From a virus, in IMG/VR virus record IMGVR_UViG_3300009593_000015, positions 14,251 to 78,250 of that record: 64,000 nt of DNA; one strand, given 5' to 3'. Numbering within the stretch: the first letter of the stretch is position 1; the number at the start of each line of letters is the position of its first letter. Shown piece after piece: positions 21,401 through 28,559 of the stretch. Under the pieces are notes generated by a model, which saw only the letters and a program-made list of their open reading frames with translations, did no database searches and was not told where the DNA came from. A program made the position numbers and the translations under genes.

Positions 21401-22372
21401 CAAAGCACAAACAGTCAGAGACCAATACACACCGACTACGTAACGAATGCGTTTTTCGACTCTCAATCATATAAAAATGTCACTGAACATATTTTTCCGC
21501 TAAGACGATTCCTTGCTATAAACTCTATTTTCGCAACTAGTATCATATCTGGATACAATGGTATGCCTACTTTATTTGATTCGGTAAAAACATCCATTGC
21601 GTTTGTCGCAGAAGTGGCCTCGACACCATCATCACAGCAGACAAATTTGATTCAAGTCACGCCGGAACAGTTTATGTCCACGGTTCAAAAAAATTGGCCA
21701 TCCCATCCACACTCTGCCGATTGTTTTGACTTCCCGCTACCTGGGGGTGAATTTTTTAAGAAATTTATTGAAGATTTGTGGAAACTTATAAAGCAGTTGC
21801 CATCAATCCTGTTCAGGGGTGTGGCAAATCAACTTGATCCAGCGTATAAAGAGATGAGACAACATTATCTAAATTGTGACATTAAAAATTTAGATTGGGA
21901 TGGCATAAGAATATTGTCAATGGATGCCACAAAGAACCAGGGCTTAGTAAATGGATTATATTTTCCAGATGGAAACATAGAAGCTAACAAAGGGAAAGGC
22001 AAAGCTTCTTATGTACCGATTGTACCTTCGATTGTGTTGGACTATCAAGCATCGCTTGCCCATCTGATGATAGGGGAGGCCGAACCATTAGGTAGAACTG
22101 TTGCAAGGACTATAACTTATGCTTTTAATGGAATGGCCCCGTTCTTCGACCTCTCGATGGCCTTTCAAGTCCCTTGTGCTGGTATAAATGAAGACTGGTG
22201 GAACGATGCTAAATTTGATATTGGAAAATGGGGCCGTTACGGACACCCGCTAAGTCCATTCACCATCATGGCGCTAAGTACTCCTCAATTAGAGTCTGAC
22301 AAAAAGTTAAAGAGACCAAATTGTGTCCAGGGCCGCGAAAATCTGGCTAAACTAGATGAATGTGATGAATAA
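12410..22372 (+). CDS. giant (3320 aa) putative baseplate/virion protein with degenerate N-terminal peptidoglycan-binding motif
   Basis: uninterrupted 10-kb ORF between the spike-like and gp25-like genes; GEVGKDIVAIK..L, FDSKMQTALTNFQ and GNLGEAT resemble PG_binding_1. Confidence 0.6.
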   Translation: MSDIEQVYKLEIRDTDQDSITFTPRIFGEVGKDIVAIKLSLGTLVDIAGVISQGPNASSDRTQPLDPNGWFDCTTGQQVSIEQAATFDSKMQTALTNFQLKNQFLIISYLFSKYAVPGIVNSVGENYNSNSEQDQARYLATALSQLESVDLLFESEIGNLGEATIAVMHGWVPHTSAANTNYYHTGALLDSLNTDASTIVDIVPYEILRLLAEGHMGQTIEDLQNAGLIREFSHEPLSYSSRYLEDYLKSVPEASRWLGSDGIPNFEYGYVIYNTINDQENSSLYNSTIITIKNYKGKSLDERVVSQEEKLGRLRRVFYPDPFSTEDPFYISQNITGLYFETDFILDSQGPLPTMEEEVIKQIEESALDHMLTLTNKPRLWFLSTGDDSTMKIWFGEDEKIMPSHNGQFPEFSNRSSDQIKRQIPKFSEIWEKIEDIKKDLNLLPETAFGAANDYIQARREVLLNNLESLENDFAQEPTLEEKKQSFIVLGTQESIFENTSPESEGLDPPIAANWRILEGFGSEPPLVRFIEYKTPTLRPGQRYRAMLEFSTRKLDSIVSGVLPVAEQPEEPGPPDADGEDLCITGNTDETLRTLEEYRVHARKKRREVVRQLREEFKQEPALRGSNNITRGQIGPFDLNRALNQLMGFDINGASDYEYTKGVLSRLGDVGAAAMEKLGMLDTDIDYFNSIANDTNKELAKKDAKGKPQKNVIRITLEELEERTNTIVKDLQESSEIVSSEGIAFKKGSSFNASKESGLVKQFYTQMKDLVLNAAAERYGAGVAHAMSVNPDKALVMLEFQTTTSKGPNPHMGPDFGKKIISFGIALPEKFKIKGKLWPYAYRPSDKVPGGAIMPNFLKKGSATPEKIKLYRGKIKNSKSLGRARTVNYISNIYEMTGLLTDKPNEIISVFDDGRGSCKDLGINLDKKLASSYVANFTTGVQVEHPPGAPSGFSWKKFGKDNFVDPAKDWAKTSAKNWENSWNDTFDEQEALQMLGDMCTLEDLYREFFDKLDLVSLLCDWLKCIRLPNFNLKLPSFYLPPLPSIPILGLYGAMIKFFMENLKQILIRIICTFVRTIIDKLAIPFCEEQLREFMAAGSLSGSPIMDEALAEALLNTGVPKEKTEQAKTFFDDVASITTGQELCHLLTGKSLDAATMKMIQRLLEKNDLQNDLDTQESLMNYFDLLGTFLPDGLCEELQNSTSLPVPKDCLEISGYLHSIRNRLQTGDGSLSDEEIEEVLQMAKEEMNNRKADLEALSGNNIGSLLPETYAPGNPDAIISSYPDFLKERIDQTAKDSFTAARMDYINAMDSYIPSLSIAAPATPRAGTDRYNDIQNLEFEAATAQLALYSQGVHSSRVFAQRNTLSKLGLPPETTAEELEEIRDKGLILHDLAKSLKSWITRSQNISSAYSRENGGPSLGYIRGSLTRSHRSNFVPAMGPDFHQHIEFLDKILLTSTDGTRDGNTMYTHDVGSRQDPNPFFGDENEEIREKITNLVNALRVQFNSGAAADLYGAGWGSSALEWLDFRFNLHSGDAALFAHQGSGIPDPLGQPGAWSQLGIEPFDLTLEQLSFIYVLTTPKSDPTYYSQGTRTELGRHMENTFENLFYIEKGYVGGILGEFDPFDELITRFAAIETLKVELGEKLYYANWKNEHTGSRYSDRNSTAVVDREPGWLGQFKWTDDGTNWWNPFLENMRQYRSINLEDTIEVMRMLLKEYISKTGYFPDEVVDLGKDISYEDFLTEMRNQWGSTYSANSNILDQYCWGADGFSKNTLAGKPDKLWTSAWAVYDKFRGRYFDGDDRRARNKADKLWLWNPNIDSEDGNYTEEQFVDNWIGAALKTEEMGIEWNHELRSLKVLDAIIHLTDPIRDPYSAAIRSMDEIGGVSWYNTLLLFSVFETESVPFDDDRDKTHKVFKRAKLPNRRREDQREEWNPYKPFVSYYRRIPSEGTVHDYVQGDRSFQYVSVGSLDVPTFIQKGAVYDNVFNKIIDTDPYPIETSYAPYRVFHESFNDPLDKSEYAMIVPAFVSSAELTSDFMVEKFITELSTTSAARISAAYDASITTVGEVVDFFSGGQVRDQINRRKRAAIRRSNARIRSQQENLRDTIEAQQAFAVVAIDQTEAFLRAKYLRDYPSNHPERLARDGKWTGSDNTSTHAVEIFENLQIIIERNATLNPDEDYLGDLLINVMGALSDIIRNEPHRAYGALRTMASGEAGLYKVMDPVIDEDEMVPIFPISMQDASIEPTKWMQHSYNTLSAMALAVHGGVPDFFEHEVNQPLRDAEKEVLTNEELMARFVDWRLQGKTAAKTISQICTSLSNSVNNPNLIKFTTDRVKYLSDIVTRGIEYRPNFVTERHLLMLDKVLRDTPVFSADRNKINLGVQFGQYQPQVSMEEIPAEKQFDRYTVTVKSDFHLRMSNQNIQPKSFQMCEFLPPSLINNNGTDRGEGREHPWDPSSVRYFSKREAFSELGAAALRSAGVNGNISHIKDLLYEDAYINIRDSIFSSFSSMISESKLFDLEYAQNIDARLSADPIYQEECVKNRYGLVESAVLSYNKTIINTAYDEIMKEMSDPKNSPFNRDFDDPHPLELALQSISLKAFVRICLIDTLFKGGLAYSIWDIEPIVSEQIFKDYVYEHVFRELTSSRFFASKWKQIIERTVGITNPTAALKKLLELEMVKLPDYSKQVFNFSAEDKEKDYYNWITSHSETIPFKKLYFTANINYDNTSWRIANLPESNTARAFAESLGEDVDFMSIHLSELPPGDGLIVENYIRLSGEIVEKANDIWKKMFSQIGDDPGARHQIYEVCKERRTREGGRTGTSHVDPQFANDRGLLPTGALLDWCNDTHLRSVGFGPANLSTRVDVPETYQIREGDSLVVSPYDFDMYLAFLCYCLTRPEFENLINNSTIHHGSRISVTTRNQQIVDQLTLAPDIRRKSFLEKSFLFVVRSSGADDEDRAIELPEWQIAKLPLANYEHELRLEDCGYPSGNLFADEQILSIEFQSTNSQRPIHTDYVTNAFFDSQSYKNVTEHIFPLRRFLAINSIFATSIISGYNGMPTLFDSVKTSIAFVAEVASTPSSQQTNLIQVTPEQFMSTVQKNWPSHPHSADCFDFPLPGGEFFKKFIEDLWKLIKQLPSILFRGVANQLDPAYKEMRQHYLNCDIKNLDWDGIRILSMDATKNQGLVNGLYFPDGNIEANKGKGKASYVPIVPSIVLDYQASLAHLMIGEAEPLGRTVARTITYAFNGMAPFFDLSMAFQVPCAGINEDWWNDAKFDIGKWGRYGHPLSPFTIMALSTPQLESDKKLKRPNCVQGRENLAKLDECDE

Positions 22373-22384
22373 TGCCAAAAACAC

Positions 22385-22392
22385 ACTATTTA
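22385..22392 (+). promoter_or_regulatory. putative late promoter ACTATTTA
   Basis: recurrent motif, intergenic upstream of the gp25-like gene. Confidence 0.55.
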
Positions 22393-22414
22393 TTTTAAAA
22401 TATAGGAAAACAAG

Positions 22415-22942
22415 ATGTCAATTCTAAATGATATAATATCTTCAAAAGCGAAAGGAATCATAAAGACTCAGCAGCAGCCTAGCTTTCCGTTAAGGTATGA
22501 TGCTAAATATGGTCCTTATACTCCAATTACTTCAATAGAAGAGTCATACAAAAAAGACTTTATAAACCTTCTCTTGACGAGCCCCGGTGAATGGCCGATG
22601 CAACCAGGCCTCGGAGTCGGACTAAAGCATTATCTGTTTGAGTTTAGGGGGTCCGAAAAGTTAAACAATTTAGCACCAGAGATAAAATACCAATTAAAAA
22701 CAAATTTACCAGTAGTAGATTTGTTGGGATTAAAATTCGACTATAACGATAATGATATTGATAAGAACAAAGTTAGAATAATTCTGGCATATACAATCTT
22801 GGAAACCTCAAGGCATGTAACTTCTTTTGGTCTTACACCCTCTTCAACTGTGGCGATCGAAGAAATAGAAAGTTCAAGAATTCAAGCTGCTGATTTATTT
22901 AATAGGAGGAATAGTATCATAAGCTCTGTAGACGAGCTGTGA
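22415..22942 (+). CDS. baseplate wedge protein, gp25/GPW-like
   Basis: NLLLTSPGEWPMQPGLGVGLKHYLFE and I..QL...LP.V motifs. Confidence 0.8.
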   Translation: MSILNDIISSKAKGIIKTQQQPSFPLRYDAKYGPYTPITSIEESYKKDFINLLLTSPGEWPMQPGLGVGLKHYLFEFRGSEKLNNLAPEIKYQLKTNLPVVDLLGLKFDYNDNDIDKNKVRIILAYTILETSRHVTSFGLTPSSTVAIEEIESSRIQAADLFNRRNSIISSVDEL

Positions 22943-22954
22943 GAATAATAAAAA

Positions 22955-24766
22955 ATGACCGAAAATAACAGAGGACTACAAAATACAGAATACTTAAGTG
23001 TTACTTTTGAAGAGATAAAACAAAAATTATTAGAAAGGGCCGAAACCTATTATCCTGATACCTATAGGGATTTTAATAAAAGCAGTTTTGGATCTCTTAT
23101 GTTCGACCTCGTAGCTATGGTCGGTGAGCAATTGAATTTTTACGCTCAGTTTGTCGCAAATGAAGGATTTATAGAATATGCAAGAACAGGAATAGGTCTC
23201 ACTACTGGGGCGAGAAGATATAATGTTACACTTGGGAATACGGCCCCTCGCGGTTATGTAACTCTTCAACTCCCAATGGTAGTTTCCGAAGACCAAATAA
23301 CCCCGGATCCAACAGGAAAGTATTCTTTCTTGAAAGGAGCCTTAGCTACAGGTCCAGGAAATGCGGTGGTGGAACTACAAGAAGATGTTATCATAGACCC
23401 CTCGATTGAGTTGTCCCATGGAAAAATAACCACATCCTTTAATCCCGATGGGTCCCGTCCGTTGGTATATTTTGTAGAAAAACAGTGTCCTGCAATTGCA
23501 GGGCAAATACAAACTTTTGTTGTGGATATTGAAAAATATAGTAATTTTCTTTCAATAGAGGTCCCTGATCGCTCATGTACAGATATTCTAAGTATAATAG
23601 ATTCGGAGGGCAATAGGTACTATCAAGTAGATAGTCTGGGAATAAACTCAATAGAAATAGGACTCAGATATACTAATTCGGATAGTGGCCAAGAAGTTGA
23701 AAAAATGATAGATTTACCGGTCCCTAGGAGGTTCTCGGTTAAAGAAGAGGGGGAGGCAAAATTTATAGAGTTTGGATACGGCTCAGAAGACACGTTGAAA
23801 CTTATAGATACGCCCGCAAAATCTTCAGAATACTTCTTAGACAAACAAGGTCACCAGCATCCGTTGTCAAAAGAAGTGACCCCTGGCAAGCGACTTCAAA
23901 ACGACAAATATGGAGTATCACCAAGCAACACTACTCTGACAATAGTATATAGGTCTAACACGAGCGACAACTCTAATATATCGATAGGAGAAATAAGCAC
24001 TATTCAATCCGCAGAAATAGTGTTTGATGATGAAGTTGGCTTCGGCGAGGCTAATATGCAATTTGTTAGGAATAATATTTCTTGTACCAACAATGAACCA
24101 TTTAATGGAGTTGTCAGATATCAGTCAACAAAAGAAATAGCCTTAACGTGCCAAGCTGCAGCAGGCGCCCAGGCCCGGGCTGTGACAGAAAAAGACCTAG
24201 TCTCTATGTGCTATGTTATGCCTCCGCAGTTTGGCAAAATTACAAAAGCATCAGTGCACAGAGACTCAGAAGGGTTGAGAAAAATGTTGAATCTGTATTG
24301 TATTTCAGAAGACTCCGAACAAAATCTGGAAGCAGCATCGATGCTGATGAAAGAAAATTTAAAAAAATGGATAAACTCAGTTAAAATGATGACAGATAGG
24401 ATAGATATCTTTGACGCTAAAATATTGAATTTAAATCTGTTTTTAGATATAACTCTTAGAGATGAAGCAGACGTACAGTCTGCTGTTCCACGTATCAGAG
24501 AATTTTTATATAATGAAATTAATCTGACTAGGCCGGAAATTGGACAACACTTCTCCATAGGAGAAATAGAGAGAATATTGACAAAAATGCCTATCATACA
24601 GAGAATCAACAGGGTTCAAGTGGGTGTCAAAAACGGAAAGGGGTATTCTAGTGTGAGATATGATATTATGCCAAACGCAGCGCCAGACGGCTCAACAATT
24701 TACATGCCAGAAGATTTCATTTGGGAAATAAAAAACCCAACAGATATTACAGGAATTATTAAATAA
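22955..24766 (+). CDS. baseplate wedge protein, gp6/J-like
   Basis: FEEIK..L...YYPDTYRDFN.SSFG..DLVAMVGEQLNFY, IEFGYG and AQARAVTEKD motifs. Confidence 0.8.
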   Translation: MTENNRGLQNTEYLSVTFEEIKQKLLERAETYYPDTYRDFNKSSFGSLMFDLVAMVGEQLNFYAQFVANEGFIEYARTGIGLTTGARRYNVTLGNTAPRGYVTLQLPMVVSEDQITPDPTGKYSFLKGALATGPGNAVVELQEDVIIDPSIELSHGKITTSFNPDGSRPLVYFVEKQCPAIAGQIQTFVVDIEKYSNFLSIEVPDRSCTDILSIIDSEGNRYYQVDSLGINSIEIGLRYTNSDSGQEVEKMIDLPVPRRFSVKEEGEAKFIEFGYGSEDTLKLIDTPAKSSEYFLDKQGHQHPLSKEVTPGKRLQNDKYGVSPSNTTLTIVYRSNTSDNSNISIGEISTIQSAEIVFDDEVGFGEANMQFVRNNISCTNNEPFNGVVRYQSTKEIALTCQAAAGAQARAVTEKDLVSMCYVMPPQFGKITKASVHRDSEGLRKMLNLYCISEDSEQNLEAASMLMKENLKKWINSVKMMTDRIDIFDAKILNLNLFLDITLRDEADVQSAVPRIREFLYNEINLTRPEIGQHFSIGEIERILTKMPIIQRINRVQVGVKNGKGYSSVRYDIMPNAAPDGSTIYMPEDFIWEIKNPTDITGIIK

Positions 24767-25863
24767 TGTCTATAAAAAGATTTTTTGCAACAAAGGACAA
24801 CACCATCACGAACGCATATAAGGAAAACCTCGCTTCAACTGCTTCGTATTCAAACATGGGTGCATCTGATATACTTGAACTATTCTCTATATATGCACAA
24901 GCGACAACATCTTCTGTGGAAAAATCAAGAATTTTATTGCAATTTTCGACTAGCGAGTTATCAGAAGCCCGATCCTCAGGTGCCCTCCCCGCATCCGGAT
25001 CGGTTTCGTTTAAATTGAAATTATTTAACGCAACACATTCCGAAACTATACCAAAAAACTATACAATTTCCTCTCATGTCTTATCTAAGGAGTGGGACGA
25101 GGGAGTTGGCTTAGACATGGATGATTATTCAGATCTGGATGCAAGCAACTGGATATCTTCTAGTTTCGAATCATCATGGTCTACCCCCGGTGGCGATTTT
25201 ACAACTGGCAGCTATGAGGGTTCCTGTATTGTTTCGAAAGGGACCGAAGATTTAGAGATCGATATTACTTCTACAGTTGAAGCTTGGTTAGCGGAAGCAA
25301 TAGACAATCATGGAATAATTTTAAAATTATCAGGCTCTCTAGAGACAGGGGATCAGAAGCGGTCTTATTATACAAAGCGCTACTTTGCGCGCGGCTCAGA
25401 GCATTTTTTCAAGCGCCCGGTATTGGAAGCCCAGTGGGACTCATCGACACAAAATACGTCATCTTTGCCAAGCCCATATTCGCAAGCGGATAACTACGTG
25501 TTTAACATAACGAATCTCAAGAAAAAATATAAAACTCACGAAAAAACAAAAATGAAAGTCTATACTAGAAACAAAAACTGGCAGCCGAACATATACGCAA
25601 AGGCTAGTATATTTGCTCCTGTTGATATAGTCGACGAAGCTTATTACAAAATCACAAGAGTTGCTGATAACTTGGAGATAGTGCCATATTCACACAATAA
25701 GAGTCCATCTTTCTCTAAAATGTCCTACAATTCAAGCGGGTCTTTTTTTGATTTGGACATGTCTCTCTTGGCTCCAAACTATTTATACGAGGTAAAATTT
25801 TTGAGAAAGACCGGAAGCATGCATATTGAACAAGAGGAAAGCTTTAGATTTAGAGTAGAATAA
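24766..25863 (+). CDS. virion structural protein (DNRLRE-like beta domain)
   Basis: KDNTI, SRILLQF, WDEGVG, W...GGD, EIDITS.VEAW, NHGIILK, RPVLEAQW pattern; located in the baseplate operon. Confidence 0.55.
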   Translation: MSIKRFFATKDNTITNAYKENLASTASYSNMGASDILELFSIYAQATTSSVEKSRILLQFSTSELSEARSSGALPASGSVSFKLKLFNATHSETIPKNYTISSHVLSKEWDEGVGLDMDDYSDLDASNWISSSFESSWSTPGGDFTTGSYEGSCIVSKGTEDLEIDITSTVEAWLAEAIDNHGIILKLSGSLETGDQKRSYYTKRYFARGSEHFFKRPVLEAQWDSSTQNTSSLPSPYSQADNYVFNITNLKKKYKTHEKTKMKVYTRNKNWQPNIYAKASIFAPVDIVDEAYYKITRVADNLEIVPYSHNKSPSFSKMSYNSSGSFFDLDMSLLAPNYLYEVKFLRKTGSMHIEQEESFRFRVE

Positions 25864-28487
25864 TGACAACTAAAAAAAACAAAAGAAAAGAAAAATTTTT
25901 AGAAACTTTTAAAAAAAGTAAAGTAAATGAAAAGACCGGATTAATTTCGAAAAAAATAGAGTCTGATACCTTGGCATCAGAATTCGATAAATATTCGAAA
26001 ACATATAGACCTTCGGTGCGGATAGAAAAACCTGAAGATTTTTGCTTCTTTGGTAGTGCACAGCAATATTACCTTCGATCTTATGATTATATTTCAAACT
26101 ATTATCCCTTTGATGGGACAAGGGAGGGGGTGATAAAGTGGCATAAAGACGCATCTACCGTTGACTTAGCGATGTTCCGTCAAGCTTGGCCCAGCACAGT
26201 TGGCCATTTGAAGCTCGATTATTCGGAAAAAGTATTTTTCTATGCGGGCCCGAATAAAATTCCAGAATCGGAATTCACAGCAAAAAATATAAAATCAGAA
26301 CCGGGGATATTGATTGATCCTAAAATTGGAAGCACAATAGAATTTTGGCTAAAAAAAGATTCTTTCGATAAAATAAATTACCCACAAGAAACCATTACTC
26401 ATATTGGGACGTATCCTGGGAAAGAGGTATCCTCAAAATCAAGCGAAATAAAAATTTTCTTATCTTCAGATTCTGGCAGTCCTTTTTATATAAATTATAA
26501 GTCGGGAAATTCTTCAGTCAATAATGTGCAAATTGGTTCAAGTGCCGTTACTGATTCGGCTATTGCGGATTCAAAATGGCATCATTATGCGTTTAAATTT
26601 TGGAAATCAGATTCTTTGCTTTATATAAAATTGTTTATTGATGGTAAGCCTGATTCTATAAAGAGTGTATCCTTCGGAGATACAATAGAGGTAAAGAGTT
26701 TCCTGGCCGGCTCGATAGGGGGTAACATGTCTTCTTCTTCTGGGAACCTATCAGCATCAATAGATGAATTTAGATTCTGGAAGGGTCAGAGATCGACCAG
26801 GGAAATAGCAAGATTCTTTGATAAGAAGATTTATGCTTCGCATGCCGCGGAGAGCGAATACACCACTCGGTTGGGGGTTTATTACAGATTTAATAAGATT
26901 AAGGTAGGAGATATAAATTCTGATAGCTTAATTATCGACCACTCTGGTCATGAAATTTTCGGAAGAATACAAAATTATAATGAAAATTCAAAAATTGAGC
27001 AGTCTGCGATTACGTTATCCGAAACTAGTGAAAACATCGAGTCCCCCGACCCGATATTGGATCGAAGAGCTGAAGCTGTTATATCACTTGAGGAGAGTTT
27101 TAATAGCATTGCGAAATCTTACGATGAAAATAACCAGAGCATGTTGCAGAGGTTCATCCCGGAATGGGCAAGAGAAGAAATTCAAAACTCCTCTGCGGAT
27201 AACCCTTCAGAATTTCAGGTTTTACTTCATCTTTTGTCTTCTGAATTTGATGAAATAAAGGTATTTTTAGATTCGATATCAACTGATTACGTCCCTAACT
27301 GGCAAGAAACAAACCAAATCATCGCTCCCACGCCAGAAGCTTCAGGGTCGGTGTCTGTAAATTATGCAGATAATATATACATTGGGTGCAAAGACGACGG
27401 CCTACCATCATACAGAGGAAGCGGGTACCGAGGGGACAGGTATCAGAGACAAATGAAAGCTGCCGGTTTGATGTATAAGAAGTTGTTTCAAAAGTCATAT
27501 AAACTAGAAGATGATGTAGAGGGGACCCAGGATTTTATTTCGGCCGATTTATTAGTTGAAGAAGCAAGACACGCATTTGAGCAGCGACTTGCATCAGAGG
27601 CTCCAAGCTTAATGAAAGCTAAGGGGACACAATCATCTCTTGATAGATTGTATGAGACTCTTGGCCACAATAACACTGACATAACAGATATGCACCTTAT
27701 ACCAGAAGAAGACTTATTGTTAGAGGACAGTAAAGTAGAAGCTCACACATCTACAATGAGTTCTGTCAGTTTTGTGGACAATAACGAAGGCACTCTATTT
27801 ATGGCAGCCTCAGCAGACGATGAAAGGACGCACATGGAGTCGGATTCTTCGCATAATTCGAGAGAGTACACCTTTGAAGGTTCTTATATTATGCCATCTC
27901 AGGAGGTTTATTCTTTTGAAAACAAGGAGACTAGCCTATTCGGGTGCAGAGAAGTAGAGGGTATAAAAAACAATCTCACTCAGACTTCTCCAGACGATGC
28001 TAACTTTACAGCTGTAGTAGAAAAACAGAATCTTGAGTCAAAAAGAGCAAGATTTGTACTCAAGTCACCAGCACTTTTGTCAAGTGACATACAGACACAA
28101 TATTTTAACAATGTTTATGATAATTCTAGGTGGAATATATCGGTAAGAATAAGAAAAACATCGGCAGAACCATTCATAGAGACCACTTCTGAATCTTATG
28201 AAGTTTCGTTCCAAGGGTACAATTATGTTCAAGATTCACTAGTCCAAGCATTTCAGAAGGTCTCTCCAATATCTAAAAGCGAGTATGACGATTTCAAAGA
28301 CTCTTACAAAACTGTGTTTTTAGGAGCAGCCCGCGAAAATATTACAGGATCCGTATTAATAAAATCAGACGTGAAAATGTTAACATTCAGCGCTTGGCAA
28401 GCCGCTCTGTCTGACGGAGAGCTTAAATTAAGAGCCCAAAACCCACTTGTAAGTGGAGGTTCGTTAACCCATATGTTGGAAAGGTAG
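25863..28487 (+). CDS. LamG/concanavalin-like domain virion protein
   Basis: TIEFWLKK, DSKWHHYAF, KLFIDG and SIDEFRFWK LamG motifs; second LamG-like region near the C-terminus. Confidence 0.7.
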   Translation: MTTKKNKRKEKFLETFKKSKVNEKTGLISKKIESDTLASEFDKYSKTYRPSVRIEKPEDFCFFGSAQQYYLRSYDYISNYYPFDGTREGVIKWHKDASTVDLAMFRQAWPSTVGHLKLDYSEKVFFYAGPNKIPESEFTAKNIKSEPGILIDPKIGSTIEFWLKKDSFDKINYPQETITHIGTYPGKEVSSKSSEIKIFLSSDSGSPFYINYKSGNSSVNNVQIGSSAVTDSAIADSKWHHYAFKFWKSDSLLYIKLFIDGKPDSIKSVSFGDTIEVKSFLAGSIGGNMSSSSGNLSASIDEFRFWKGQRSTREIARFFDKKIYASHAAESEYTTRLGVYYRFNKIKVGDINSDSLIIDHSGHEIFGRIQNYNENSKIEQSAITLSETSENIESPDPILDRRAEAVISLEESFNSIAKSYDENNQSMLQRFIPEWAREEIQNSSADNPSEFQVLLHLLSSEFDEIKVFLDSISTDYVPNWQETNQIIAPTPEASGSVSVNYADNIYIGCKDDGLPSYRGSGYRGDRYQRQMKAAGLMYKKLFQKSYKLEDDVEGTQDFISADLLVEEARHAFEQRLASEAPSLMKAKGTQSSLDRLYETLGHNNTDITDMHLIPEEDLLLEDSKVEAHTSTMSSVSFVDNNEGTLFMAASADDERTHMESDSSHNSREYTFEGSYIMPSQEVYSFENKETSLFGCREVEGIKNNLTQTSPDDANFTAVVEKQNLESKRARFVLKSPALLSSDIQTQYFNNVYDNSRWNISVRIRKTSAEPFIETTSESYEVSFQGYNYVQDSLVQAFQKVSPISKSEYDDFKDSYKTVFLGAARENITGSVLIKSDVKMLTFSAWQAALSDGELKLRAQNPLVSGGSLTHMLER

Positions 28488-28559
28488 CTCAAAAAATGAA
28501 AAATTTGAATATTTATAGAAGCACAAGAAGTATAATTTTTATTTTAAAGAGGGGCAATA

